In this document: positions 39,306 through 48,579 of the stretch, piece by piece
Layout of the letters: each line of letters begins with the position of its first letter
Position numbering within the stretch: position 1 is the first letter of the stretch
Virus record (IMG/VR): IMGVR_UViG_3300028394_000042
Origin: a virus
Length of the DNA: 64,000 nucleotides
Reading direction: 5' to 3' (one strand)
Position numbers and translations under genes: made by a program
The notes under the pieces: generated by a model
Told to the model about the DNA's origin: nothing
The model's database searches: none
What the model saw: only the letters and a program-made list of their open reading frames with translations

Positions 39306-41089
39306 TTGTTTTCTGGATTGCCGTTGCAGCCAAACTTGCGTACAGCAGAGTTAATGTCGCTGTTCATAAGTTCGATGCCTTTTTCTGTAGGCGTAAAATC
39401 AAACTCGTTGGTTTCGGTGTTGAAGTCAACGCTCAGAAAGCCGTCTGCCGCAGCGCGCTGGCGGATGTTGCTAAACAACCGCTCGCCAATTGCCACCATC
39501 AGCGCGCCAATCTTTTTATTAGCTTCTTCTATTGAGTCTGCACCAATTGCGCTTACACCGTTTTCGTGAACAGTGGTGTGGTCTCTCACGATAGCCGACA
39601 CTTCTTCGGCCGGCAGGAAATCGCGTAATGAGTTGGCCATGGCCATAAAGTTTTGCGGGTTTGACAGAACCTCGGTCATTTGTGACGGATCTCGCATAAC
39701 CACGTTGGCCATGAACGAGCCAACTATGTAGTTGCGCAAATCATCGATAGACCCGCCAAAAAACCGCTTTGGTTCGCTGTTTTCCTCAAACAACATTGTG
39801 GGCTCCTTGCATTAGGTTGGCATTGGCGACAGCGGCGTGATAAACGCCTTGCGCCAAAGTACGGGCTCCCGCTGCAATACGCAAGCGTTCCAGATGGCTG
39901 GCATAGTTTTCGTCGGAATAGACCATAGCTTCCGCGCTCGAAAACGAGTGCGGCTTGCCGGTCATGCGATTCTCGCCAGTCATGATGCGCCCGATTGCGG
40001 CCATCTTGATAGCCTGCCGGGCGTCTTCCAGCTCCATCTCGTGCATGACGGCGTCGCCCCATTGGCGGGCGGCTGTTTCGATTGCAATTGCTAGGTGATG
40101 CATGTGCTTCTTTCTTTTTGTGGGTTACTCTCTACACAGGCCGCCGACCAGCCACATAGAGCCAAGGTCTATTGTTTGTTCCGTGTACAGCTCGGCTGTA
40201 AACTGTTCGTCTAATGCGCGCAACGTCATTGCCGCGGCGTCGGCGTCTAGCCGCAGTTCGTGGCGCTGATTGCCAAAACGCAACAACGGTTCGAGCGTTT
40301 CAGGCGTGATCAGCTCTTTGGTGCGAGCAATCCCGCTTAACGTCGCGTCAAAGTTTTCCGCAACTCTGTCGGCCGTTTTCTTTTTTACGCGCCACGTATC
40401 GTATGCGGTAGCGAGCGTCTTTTTCTGCTCGGGCGTAAGCTGATCGGCAACTGCTGGCGCTACGGTGCTGACTAAACAACGCATCGTGTAGCTCCAATCA
40501 GTCGCGTCGACTACTCTAAAATACGCGCCGCCATCCCATTGCTTGAGTTTTTTGCCGTTAAACGTGGGTTCTTTTGTGTACTCTTTGCGCGTGTCAGTGT
40601 ATTTGACCGCAATAGCGGACTCCCCTTTCGTGCAGATGTCGGCAAGGTATTCCCCAGCGGCAGCTTTGGTCGTAAATACGTAGTCAGTAACTTCAAAACC
40701 TGACAGCGTTGAGAACGTTCCGTTATATGCGTTATCGCCGTAAGCGTTGCGTAGCTCGTCTACGGTAGCAAAATAGTGCTCAGTCAATTCTTTCTTTGTG
40801 AGTTTTCCGTCAAATGCACAAGTGACAAAACACGCACCCATGGTTACTCCGGGTTGTTGAGATCTCGCGTAGCTAGCTGTTCTTTGCGCGTTAGCTTGCG
40901 CTTGGGAAACTTATCCGCGTGGCACATAGCGCACCGGCTTTGCCGACACCCTGAGCACCGCTGCGTTTTGCGAAAGCGGCCGACGTCAGGAACAAATTTG
41001 TTATCGTCCGGCCCGAAGTGTCCGGCTAACCGCTTGTATTCTTTTGCGCGGTTCTCAATAAGTTGTTTTTCTTCGTGATAGCGTTTCAT
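39302..41089 (-). other. four hypothetical CDSs (39302-39796, 39786-40103, 40125-40841, 40844-41089)
   Basis: Abutting minus-strand ORFs. Confidence 0.55.
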
Positions 41090-41128
41090 TGCTGTTATGC
41101 CTCGCACAAGAGCTGTATGTAACACAAA

Positions 41129-41315
41129 AGCAGCAGGCCGGAGTCGAACCGGCTGTGATAGATTTGTACGGTTACCTGTCAATTCAGGCTTTAAGACGCC
41201 ACATCGGCTTGCGAATCAAGCAACCGGCGACGCCCCGACGCTTCGTCCGTTCAGGTGATCAGCCCATATCCGTCTATCACTTCAAGCTAAAACGCGCACC
41301 CCGCGTATCTGCTGC
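41129..41315 (-). ncRNA. 187-nt tRNA-like structured RNA
   Basis: Acceptor GCAGCAG/CTGCTGC, D-arm-like ACGCG/CGCGT, long arm closed by GTGATAGA/TCTATCAC, canonical T-arm GCCGG-TTCGACT-CCGGC. Confidence 0.7.
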
Positions 41316-41316
41316 A

Positions 41317-41347
41317 AAAGCCAGTGGCCGGGTACGACCCGGCAACA
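41317..41347 (-). repeat. duplicated 3' end of tRNA-Thr
   Basis: 29/31 identity to 41559-41589. Confidence 0.85.
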
Positions 41348-41545
41348 CTATTTGGCGATATCTTTTTTGCTTTCCCTCAAATATTTGGACGCCTCAATTA
41401 GCCAGTACCCCATCTGTTCCATTTTTTCAGCTTCTTTCCCGGTCAGGTAAGAGGCTACATGAATGAAGGCGTAATCAATTTTACCCCTAGACACAATCTC
41501 TAGTGTGCCAAACGTTGGATCACTGAACTTTTCTGGCTTGTCCAT
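41348..41545 (-). CDS. small hypothetical protein between tRNA-Thr and its duplicated 3' end
   Basis: GGAG RBS; MDKPEKF... Confidence 0.55.
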   Translation of the reverse strand: MDKPEKFSDPTFGTLEIVSRGKIDYAFIHVASYLTGKEAEKMEQMGYWLIEASKYLRESKKDIAK

Positions 41546-41560
41546 AAGGTCTCCAATTAA

Positions 41561-41633
41561 AGCCAGTGGCCGGGTACGATCCGGCGACATGCAGTTTACA
41601 AAACTGCTGCTCTACCAACTGAGCTACACTGGC
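41561..41633 (-). tRNA. tRNA-Thr(TGT)
   Basis: GCCAGTG/CACTGGC acceptor, GCTC-AGTTGGTA-GAGC D-arm, GCAGT-TTTGTAA-ACTGC; atypical T-loop ATCGTAC; no CCA. Confidence 0.92.
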
Positions 41634-41640
41634 GGCGGCT

Positions 41641-42105
41641 CTATTGTACAGCCTCTTGTGATACCGGCCAGACGTAAGGTAGATCTACTGGCTCAACCCA
41701 TTCAAACTGGCCGTAATACACAGGGTCTTTGCGCAAGAGATTACTGCGGTGGCTGGCGTGAAAGTTTTCGTCTTCTAACCACTCAGGCACGTCGTCGCTG
41801 TAGTCTTTGAAGCGCAACGCGTCTTCTACGGCGACAAACTGCGCTCGCAGCGTGTCTTTGAACCCGCGAATACGCCACTCGGTGCAGATATACTGAGCGT
41901 AAATAGCCAGTTGCACTTCATGCCCGCGCCACATGACTACAGCCGGATGGTTTTTCCAGCCGCGCTTGCCGGGAACATGTTCGCCAACAGGAACGCCCAG
42001 AGCGAGCAGGATTTGCTTGCACTCTAGGCGTTGTTTACCGAGTCTTTTGTTATCTAAAACACTTGCCGAATCTGCGTAGCTGGGCAGAGGCAAAAATGTC
42101 TGCAT
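41641..42105 (-). CDS. pyrimidine-dimer DNA glycosylase/DenV-like (MSMEG_6728 family)
   Basis: MQTFLP...LD.KRLGKQR.E..Q, HPAV.MWRG, HASHRSNLLRKDP, LPYVWP. Confidence 0.85.
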   Translation of the reverse strand: MQTFLPLPSYADSASVLDNKRLGKQRLECKQILLALGVPVGEHVPGKRGWKNHPAVVMWRGHEVQLAIYAQYICTEWRIRGFKDTLRAQFVAVEDALRFKDYSDDVPEWLEDENFHASHRSNLLRKDPVYYGQFEWVEPVDLPYVWPVSQEAVQ

Positions 42106-42111
42106 GGTCGG

Positions 42112-42420
42112 TCAGTCCTCGTTTTCTTCTGTGTTTTCGGTGTCGTCGTCAATTGGTTCTTCGGCGGCTGTGCTTGGATCATCTTCGTTGTCTGGATCCC
42201 ACTCGCCGCTCCACTCAGAGTCGCTATTGTCTTCGTCGTCATCGTCGTCGATAACAAAGTTGATTTGCGGCTGCGGCATAAACTCGCCGTCATCGCTGTC
42301 GTCTGCGTTATCCTCGCGTACGACTTCCCACTGCCACTCGTCTTGATTGAAGTCGCCATCAAGCCCGTCGTCATGACGTGCGCGCCCAGCGCAGTGCCCT
42401 GTTCGAGTGTTGTGCAACAT
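42112..42420 (-). CDS. extremely acidic small protein
   Basis: D/E-dominated sequence; coupled to neighbours. Confidence 0.5.
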   Translation of the reverse strand: MLHNTRTGHCAGRARHDDGLDGDFNQDEWQWEVVREDNADDSDDGEFMPQPQINFVIDDDDDEDNSDSEWSGEWDPDNEDDPSTAAEEPIDDDTENTEENED

Positions 42421-42422
42421 GG

Positions 42423-45056
42423 TTATCCGATTTCTTGCGCCGTGGTGGTCTCTTGCGGGTCTTGCCAGAATTTATCGCACCAACCAGTCGGTACGAGAAT
42501 ACCCGGCATATTCTGCACAATTTCTTCTCCAGAAAAAAGCCCCGCTTTACTGAGCAGCTCAATTATCGCCAGCCAATTGGGCGGCGCGCTTTTCTGTAGT
42601 TCAAAATACCGGTCTATGGCGCGGCGGTTGAGCCACCAATTATCGGCACGGCGCAACAGGTAGTTGTACGCTTGCTGCTTGTTTCTAGGGCGCGGTAACA
42701 CGGCCAGCTTACCTAGTTGGATAGCATTGTTTAGCTCGCCCATAAGCGTGATGTGCGCTGTTTTTGGGCTGACCAATTTGTTCAGCGCGCACGGCAAATG
42801 GAACGCTGTGCCGTAAGTCTCGTCTAGCCAGCGGTGCAGGTCACGCAGCACGACCTCGGTAAGCGTGCCGGTTTGGGCGGCTAGGCTCATGCGGCTACGC
42901 AGCGTGCGCTGGATGTAAGCGGGAAGCACATGTTGCAGCACCGAGAAGTCTGTATTAGCTGCAGGGGCTGTGCCGTTGATCAGCTGCCAGCCGTAACCAG
43001 TTGCTATAGCGGCGCACGTTGGAGTTAACCGCACGGTCACAGGCAGGTTATGGCACCGTGTAACTGCCGCGCTGAATACGGTGTCGTCAAAGGCGTTTGA
43101 AGCTAGTAGCGGCCAGTCTGATTCGTTGCTGGCTTTAACCAGCTGTTGTGCGTTGTGGCTTTTACGCAACCCCGCATATTGTATATGAGCGCAGTTCAAG
43201 GCTGCGGCAATGCGTACAGCCGCGTTAAAGTTTGCGCCGACTATGCCAATAGCCGCGCTGTCTTTACGCAGCACCGGCGCCAGTAGCTGCGCTGTGATCC
43301 CGGCAAACACAGTCCAGATGAACGAGTTTTCATAGCTGGGTGTTAAAAACTGCCGGATAGCTGGCGGGGCTACAGGCGTTGGCTCGGGAAAAGATATCTT
43401 TGATCGGTTGCGCTGCAGTAGATTAGCCAGCGTGATTTCGCCGTCTGTGCCAAGTTCGTATTGCGCGAACCGGAACACAGACGCATACTCGTCCCAGCCA
43501 GCGCGCCCTGACACCATGATTAGCTCAGGTTGGTGTAGCTGGATTGCGAGCAAGTGGCTGCGCCTATTCCACGCCCGGTCAAACACAATGAGTTTGCCGT
43601 GGGGCGCTGCGTGGGCCGCGGCGAAAGACAGCAGGCCCATGCGCTCTATCTTTGTAGCCGTGTCGCAGAACTCCAGCGCGTCGTTTTTTATGTAGATAGT
43701 GCCGGAGTACAGCTTTTCGCCGTTGTCAGCTTGGATGATTTTTTTGATCACGGGCCGGGCTGAGCAAATCTGGTGGCCAAGCTGGTTCCACCAGCTGTTG
43801 TCTTTCTCTACGATGACCCAGCGTCGGTGCGCTTTTGTCGGCGCTGTGGGCGCGACGGCTAAGGCTGTTATGACCCGGCTGGCGAACGTCGCAGACAAGT
43901 TTACGTCGCACTTCAGCAGAAAATGCTGCAGCTTATCGTGCGGCACCATGAGCCTAGACGCGAACGAGTAGGCTGATATTTCATTCATGCCGCGCAGTGT
44001 TTTCTGCAAGCTGTTTTGCCAAGTCGCAGCGCTACGCCGGATTTCAGCGAGCGTGGTAATGGCGGGAGCTTCGCGCACCCTAGCAGCTGGCGCGAGCGGC
44101 GTTACGCAGACGTAACCTTTGGCGTGGCATGCCCGGCTGACAAGTTCTGGCGTAATCGTGTTGCCGTGAAACATGCGCGGAATAGGCGGGAACGCAAGCC
44201 AGCTGGGGCCGTAGCTGGTAGCTTCGGGGCCATTGTAGCTGGCCATGATGGGCAGCAGATCCAAGCCGTGCGCGCGTTGTTTACACTGAGCACGCAAGGC
44301 CCAGAATGGGTCGTCTACTACAAACTGCGAGCTTTTGAGTAGCTCAGGCCCCGGTAGTGTGGCTGTCTTGAGCAGGAAGTACCCAGCTTCTGGGCGTTGC
44401 CGGGTGTAGCCGCTGGTCGGTATGAACGTGCTTTTGGTCGCGAAGTCCTCGGCGTACTGCACGACTAGCACGCCTGTTGGGCGCCCGGGTAGATCGTAGA
44501 ACGGGAACACGATGCTGGCGCCGTCTGCCCTGAGCTTAGTGGGTTTGGGGCGGCCCACTTCTGAGCACAAGTTTACGATCTGGTCGTGGTGCGCTACGCC
44601 GACTAGGCCGTCAGCGCAAATTTCTTTGCCGACGCCTAGTTCCCGCAGGCGGCAGGCGATCACGTCGTCGCCGTGGTTCCAGATCTGCGCCTCAGCGTCG
44701 CACCAGAAGTTCTCGACAGCCAACTGGCGCCGTAACCCTCGGTCGTACTGCCCGGCTAAGTTATCTTTATCCCCGGAATTTACCAGTCCAAGGTCGGCAA
44801 ACCGGGTCAATGCAGCCGGCAGGCTTGTATTCCATATCAGCGCGCCAAACGTTATGATATCTCCATGGGCCGCGCACCGGTCGCAGTGCAGCCAAATACC
44901 GTCTGTTGTGATATCGTCGAACAGGTGCAACGCAGTTTGTTGGCATAGCGGACACTGAACAACTGCTGGAAACGCAGGTTTTTCCAGCTCAATACCCAAA
45001 GCTGACAGCGCCCCCATGTGGTGCTGACGGCGGACTAAACAGGTAGGCAAACCCAT
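42423..45056 (-). CDS. large primase-related protein (N-terminal Zn finger, degenerate DnaG-like region, DUF927-like region)
   Basis: CPLC...LHCDRC..HGDII, IVFPFYDLPGR, GRAGWD...FRF. Confidence 0.5.
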   Translation of the reverse strand: MGLPTCLVRRQHHMGALSALGIELEKPAFPAVVQCPLCQQTALHLFDDITTDGIWLHCDRCAAHGDIITFGALIWNTSLPAALTRFADLGLVNSGDKDNLAGQYDRGLRRQLAVENFWCDAEAQIWNHGDDVIACRLRELGVGKEICADGLVGVAHHDQIVNLCSEVGRPKPTKLRADGASIVFPFYDLPGRPTGVLVVQYAEDFATKSTFIPTSGYTRQRPEAGYFLLKTATLPGPELLKSSQFVVDDPFWALRAQCKQRAHGLDLLPIMASYNGPEATSYGPSWLAFPPIPRMFHGNTITPELVSRACHAKGYVCVTPLAPAARVREAPAITTLAEIRRSAATWQNSLQKTLRGMNEISAYSFASRLMVPHDKLQHFLLKCDVNLSATFASRVITALAVAPTAPTKAHRRWVIVEKDNSWWNQLGHQICSARPVIKKIIQADNGEKLYSGTIYIKNDALEFCDTATKIERMGLLSFAAAHAAPHGKLIVFDRAWNRRSHLLAIQLHQPELIMVSGRAGWDEYASVFRFAQYELGTDGEITLANLLQRNRSKISFPEPTPVAPPAIRQFLTPSYENSFIWTVFAGITAQLLAPVLRKDSAAIGIVGANFNAAVRIAAALNCAHIQYAGLRKSHNAQQLVKASNESDWPLLASNAFDDTVFSAAVTRCHNLPVTVRLTPTCAAIATGYGWQLINGTAPAANTDFSVLQHVLPAYIQRTLRSRMSLAAQTGTLTEVVLRDLHRWLDETYGTAFHLPCALNKLVSPKTAHITLMGELNNAIQLGKLAVLPRPRNKQQAYNYLLRRADNWWLNRRAIDRYFELQKSAPPNWLAIIELLSKAGLFSGEEIVQNMPGILVPTGWCDKFWQDPQETTTAQEIG

Positions 45057-46233
45057 GTCAAATATTCCGTTGGATCAGATACAGGACGTTAGTGGCCGCG
45101 AAACCCACAGGCTTACCGCTCTTCATCCCGCGCCCGATTTTGTTAAATCAGCTGCGCCGGAACGGCTTTCTGGCGATGGCACACTTCCTCGCCACTTGTA
45201 TGCTGATCCGCGCAACAAACTTTACCCATGTCACACTGCGCCTGCAACATGGATGTCTGCGTTGTTTTTCACAGACAAACAAGCCAGCTTTGATAAGGCG
45301 ACAGCGGACGCTATCCAATCCAAGATACACAAAGCAGCTGAGTATTTCGGCATTTCTGGTCTTGTAGCCGAACTGGAGAAGACGTCGGCAGCCCAAAGCG
45401 GGTTGTCTGAAAGCCAACTGCCGGACGACGCTTTTGCTGTTGTCTGGGTAGGCGACAATGGCAACACAGAACGCCACTGGCCGATGCGCAACGCTACGGA
45501 AGTCAAGTTTGCCGCTGCGCATTTCCAGAAGTACCGGGACGAGTTTGTATTCGAAGACCGGCACATGATTGCCACCAAGATCCTGAAGAAAGCCGCGCAG
45601 TACAGCGCTGACACGTCTGATACAAACGGCTCGCTGGAAATGGCCGCTGGCCTCGGCGCCTGTGCGGCAAAGGTCGCCAGCCAAATGATTAAAGACCGCG
45701 TACGGCTCACGCAACGGGACCATGGCCCGCTGGCCGCTGAGTTGTCAAAGTTAGCTACTGTGATTGACCAGCACCCGGAGAAAGCTCGGGAACTGGACAC
45801 GCGGCTAAAGTTGGCGAGCGCGGTCGACCAATTTGACAAGAGCACGCAGCTGCACCGGCTTTACGACGCCGGCGGGTTGTCGCGGCCCGAAGAAGTGCTT
45901 TTTGCCATTACCGAGAAAGTCGCTCGTGACTTCATGCAGCACAACGTCGAGACCACCACGGGCAACGTGTATGCCCTTGATGATCTGGAGAAGCTGGCCG
46001 TTGAAGACGTCCGCGAATGGATGGGCGACGACTTCGCTGACGCTGTGAGCGCTGGCGGTGTTTACATGGACCGCGACAAGCTGGCTGAGATTGTCCCCAC
46101 ACTTGACCGGGGTATGGCAGCCACGCTTGACCGGCTTGTGCAAGAGAAGAACGCCGGCGCTGTTGTGAAGCAGGCGGCAGCAGCTGATACGCTGCTGCCA
46201 TTGAGCAAGCTATACGAGTTGGCTAAAGGCTGA
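45055..46233 (+). CDS. hypothetical protein (probable virion/head-associated)
   Basis: 392-aa ORF with two related motifs YPCHT..ATWMSALFF and WPMRN..EVKFAAAHF. Confidence 0.6.
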   Translation: MSNIPLDQIQDVSGRETHRLTALHPAPDFVKSAAPERLSGDGTLPRHLYADPRNKLYPCHTAPATWMSALFFTDKQASFDKATADAIQSKIHKAAEYFGISGLVAELEKTSAAQSGLSESQLPDDAFAVVWVGDNGNTERHWPMRNATEVKFAAAHFQKYRDEFVFEDRHMIATKILKKAAQYSADTSDTNGSLEMAAGLGACAAKVASQMIKDRVRLTQRDHGPLAAELSKLATVIDQHPEKARELDTRLKLASAVDQFDKSTQLHRLYDAGGLSRPEEVLFAITEKVARDFMQHNVETTTGNVYALDDLEKLAVEDVREWMGDDFADAVSAGGVYMDRDKLAEIVPTLDRGMAATLDRLVQEKNAGAVVKQAAAADTLLPLSKLYELAKG

Positions 46234-46262
46234 TTATCCCGTTTTATCTGGGCTTAGATAAT

Positions 46263-46523
46263 TTATGCGGGCTTAGATAATTCAGTTTGTCGCTTTTCAG
46301 CTGCTTTGAGCTTTGCAATCAGCTCATTTAACGACGCGCGCACGTCGGTATCTTGCTGTGCAGCTACGCGCGTAGCCGGGTCAATGTTTTGCGACGTTAA
46401 CCCAAAACACGGCTCTGCGGCTTCTGCGGCGCGTAGCTCTTCCGAGTACAACAGCCACCCTTCGTAACTGTCTTCCTCACTTGGCAGGGCCGGGTCTTCC
46501 CTTAGCCTGTCGTTCCAGCCCAC
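46263..46523 (-). CDS. hypothetical protein
   Basis: GTG-start ORF. Confidence 0.45.
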   Translation of the reverse strand: MGWNDRLREDPALPSEEDSYEGWLLYSEELRAAEAAEPCFGLTSQNIDPATRVAAQQDTDVRASLNELIAKLKAAEKRQTELSKPA

Positions 46524-46698
46524 GTTTCACCGGTTTTTCTTTAGTGCGCGGCGCGCCTAATTCACCGCGCATGATGGTTACATTAGCCGGCGCTGTTAGG
46601 CCCAGTCGCACGCGGCCTTTCTCAATCGATAGAACGCGGATAACCACGTTATCGCCAATCATGATGTCTTCATTCAGTTCCCGCGATAGCACTAACAT
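46477..46698 (-). CDS. csrA: carbon storage regulator CsrA/RsmA
   Basis: MLVLSR..NE.I.IGDNV.I.VL....GRVRLG..AP..V.I.R.EL. Confidence 0.92.
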   Translation of the reverse strand: MLVLSRELNEDIMIGDNVVIRVLSIEKGRVRLGLTAPANVTIMRGELGAPRTKEKPVKRGLERQAKGRPGPAK

Positions 46699-46708
46699 TG
46701 TTCACCCC

Positions 46709-47380
46709 TCAAGCGTCTTGCTTCTTAGCGCCGCGCAACATGTCTACGACATACTGCGTGGATCCATTTTTTAAGTTCAACGCGGCCATCTGCTGGGCTA
46801 ACAGGTCTGCCCGTAGCTGCAGCGTACGCGTGATGTCATCTGTCTTGCCTGCTTCAACGTCGTATATGGCGCTGAACATTGCCGGGTCATCCGAGAAATC
46901 TGTCATGTGCGGCGACGTTCTAGTCTTGCGGAAAGCGATGCGCAAGATATCAGGCGGGTTCATGATGCCTTCTTGGTCAAGCATGGTGCCGATGTAGGCG
47001 CGGATCTCGTCTGTAAACGGATCTGCTTCTTCAGGCGGCTCGATTAGCAGGGCTTCGGTAATCCCCCACGCGATCTCCTCAACGTCTGCAGGATCCCACA
47101 TGTCAGGCTGGTACGTGTCGCCGCTGAGCACGTTGCAGAACGAGATGAAGTCAGGCAGGCTTTTGAAGAACCTATCTGTCGTCAGGATCTGGATGCCGAC
47201 GATTAACTTATCTAAAGGCAGCTGCGGCAGATCGACCTTGAACTCTTCTTCGATCTCCAGCGTGATAGTGGCCGGATCCCATTCCAGCGCCTCCATCCCG
47301 AACCTGTCGAGGAACAACGTGAGCAGTACGCTGGCAAATGTGTCAGGACTCTTCCACGCTTCTTGCAGTAGGTTTGACAT
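46709..47380 (-). CDS. hypothetical protein (jumbo-phage type)
   Basis: Acidic ORF; WDPATI, IAWGITEA. Confidence 0.6.
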   Translation of the reverse strand: MSNLLQEAWKSPDTFASVLLTLFLDRFGMEALEWDPATITLEIEEEFKVDLPQLPLDKLIVGIQILTTDRFFKSLPDFISFCNVLSGDTYQPDMWDPADVEEIAWGITEALLIEPPEEADPFTDEIRAYIGTMLDQEGIMNPPDILRIAFRKTRTSPHMTDFSDDPAMFSAIYDVEAGKTDDITRTLQLRADLLAQQMAALNLKNGSTQYVVDMLRGAKKQDA

Positions 47381-47837
47381 GCTTCCCGGCCCTATTCTCG
47401 ATCTGCAGTACACCCCGGCGGTACAGCTCATTTAGATTGTACCCAATTGTCTCCATAGGCGGATTAGGAAGAGACGTAACCTCTTCCCCAGACTCAAGAT
47501 CTGTAAAGCCCGCGTGAGTGGTCCATGTGGCGTATTGGCCGTCTGCAAAGACCAGCTGCATCAGGCACTCCCGGCACGACTCTGGTTCTGTGAGCACTGG
47601 TTTGAGCGCCGTGAGCAAAAGCGTGCGCTGCTCTGGCTTGAGAAATACCAGTTTCTCCAGCATGTCAGCTATCAGCAGAAACATGACGGTAATCTGGTCT
47701 AGTGAGTCAGCAGCTGCAGCGGGTTTAACGCCAAGCACAGTTGTAAAAATTGCCCGCACTTGCAGCTTGCTTAACTTCACGACTCGCATTACCATATCAA
47801 GCGTTACGGTTTTTTCTACTTCGGAGGTATTTTCCAT
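47343..47837 (-). CDS. hypothetical protein
   Basis: Start MENTSE (47837) or METM (47846). Confidence 0.55.
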   Translation of the reverse strand: MENTSEVEKTVTLDMVMRVVKLSKLQVRAIFTTVLGVKPAAAADSLDQITVMFLLIADMLEKLVFLKPEQRTLLLTALKPVLTEPESCRECLMQLVFADGQYATWTTHAGFTDLESGEEVTSLPNPPMETIGYNLNELYRRGVLQIENRAGKHVKPTARSVEES

Positions 47838-48111
47838 GGTTTCCATCGTTGACGGTCTTTCCAAGGTGGCGTCGGGTCGGGCGGAGTTTGTGGTCAGCGG
47901 TAGCGGCGTGGAGGAACTCATGTCGGCCGCAACGTCGAACATTGTGATCCAGAAGGCTGCAGAGCTGGGTTTGAACCGCCCGGGTGTGTCTAACGCCAGC
48001 GGGCCGTACCCCGTTGACGCCGAAGGCAAGACCGACGATGACCTCCTGCTCGGCAAGCGCGGCCCAGTGGCTGCTTACCAGCGGGATTTTGTTATCTTAG
48101 CGTCGATCTAA
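47836..48111 (+). CDS. hypothetical protein
   Basis: GGAGG RBS 8 nt before ATG; fills the gap exactly. Confidence 0.6.
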   Translation: MVSIVDGLSKVASGRAEFVVSGSGVEELMSAATSNIVIQKAAELGLNRPGVSNASGPYPVDAEGKTDDDLLLGKRGPVAAYQRDFVILASI

Positions 48112-48578
48112 GCGTCGTCGCGGCGGTCTACGACGAAAAAGTGTACAGGCGCGCCGTTGTCAAACTGCACGACTGCAAAACAAACCGGCGTAGCGCAATC
48201 GATTTCGAGCCGCTTGCTGATTTCGTAGGCTTTTTGACGGCGCATTGTTGTTGCAAACTTGACAGCGTCATCATAATCTGAAAACAGGCCGACCGGCACA
48301 TCATCCATTGTGTGCCGCCAAATCACTAAAAAACCTGTTAACCCGGATTTAGGAGCCGCGCTGCGTGTTTTACGCGGCGCGGTTTTCTTTTTGCGCGCAG
48401 CAACCGGCGTCTGCCGCGGGGCTAACTTGCCTGCGTAGTCCACCATTGTGAACCCGGTTAACCGCGCTGTTGGTTTCTTTTTGCTTACGGGGTTTTTCTT
48501 TTTGCCCGCAGCAGCTACCTTGCCTGCGTAGTCCACCATTGTGAACCCGGTTAACCGCGCTGTTGGTTTCTTTTTCAT
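48108..48578 (-). CDS. basic protein with internal duplication
   Basis: KKKPTARLTGFTMVDYAGK occurs twice. Confidence 0.6.
   Translation of the reverse strand: MKKKPTARLTGFTMVDYAGKVAAAGKKKNPVSKKKPTARLTGFTMVDYAGKLAPRQTPVAARKKKTAPRKTRSAAPKSGLTGFLVIWRHTMDDVPVGLFSDYDDAVKFATTMRRQKAYEISKRLEIDCATPVCFAVVQFDNGAPVHFFVVDRRDDA
48426..48575. repeat. exact 57-bp direct repeat (48426-48482, 48519-48575)
   Basis: Direct comparison. Confidence 0.9.
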
Positions 48579-48579
48579 G

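Noticed and set aside
41129-41315. Canonical tmRNA (ssrA)
   Set aside because: Too short, no G3-U70 alanine determinant, and no convincing tag ending in AA.
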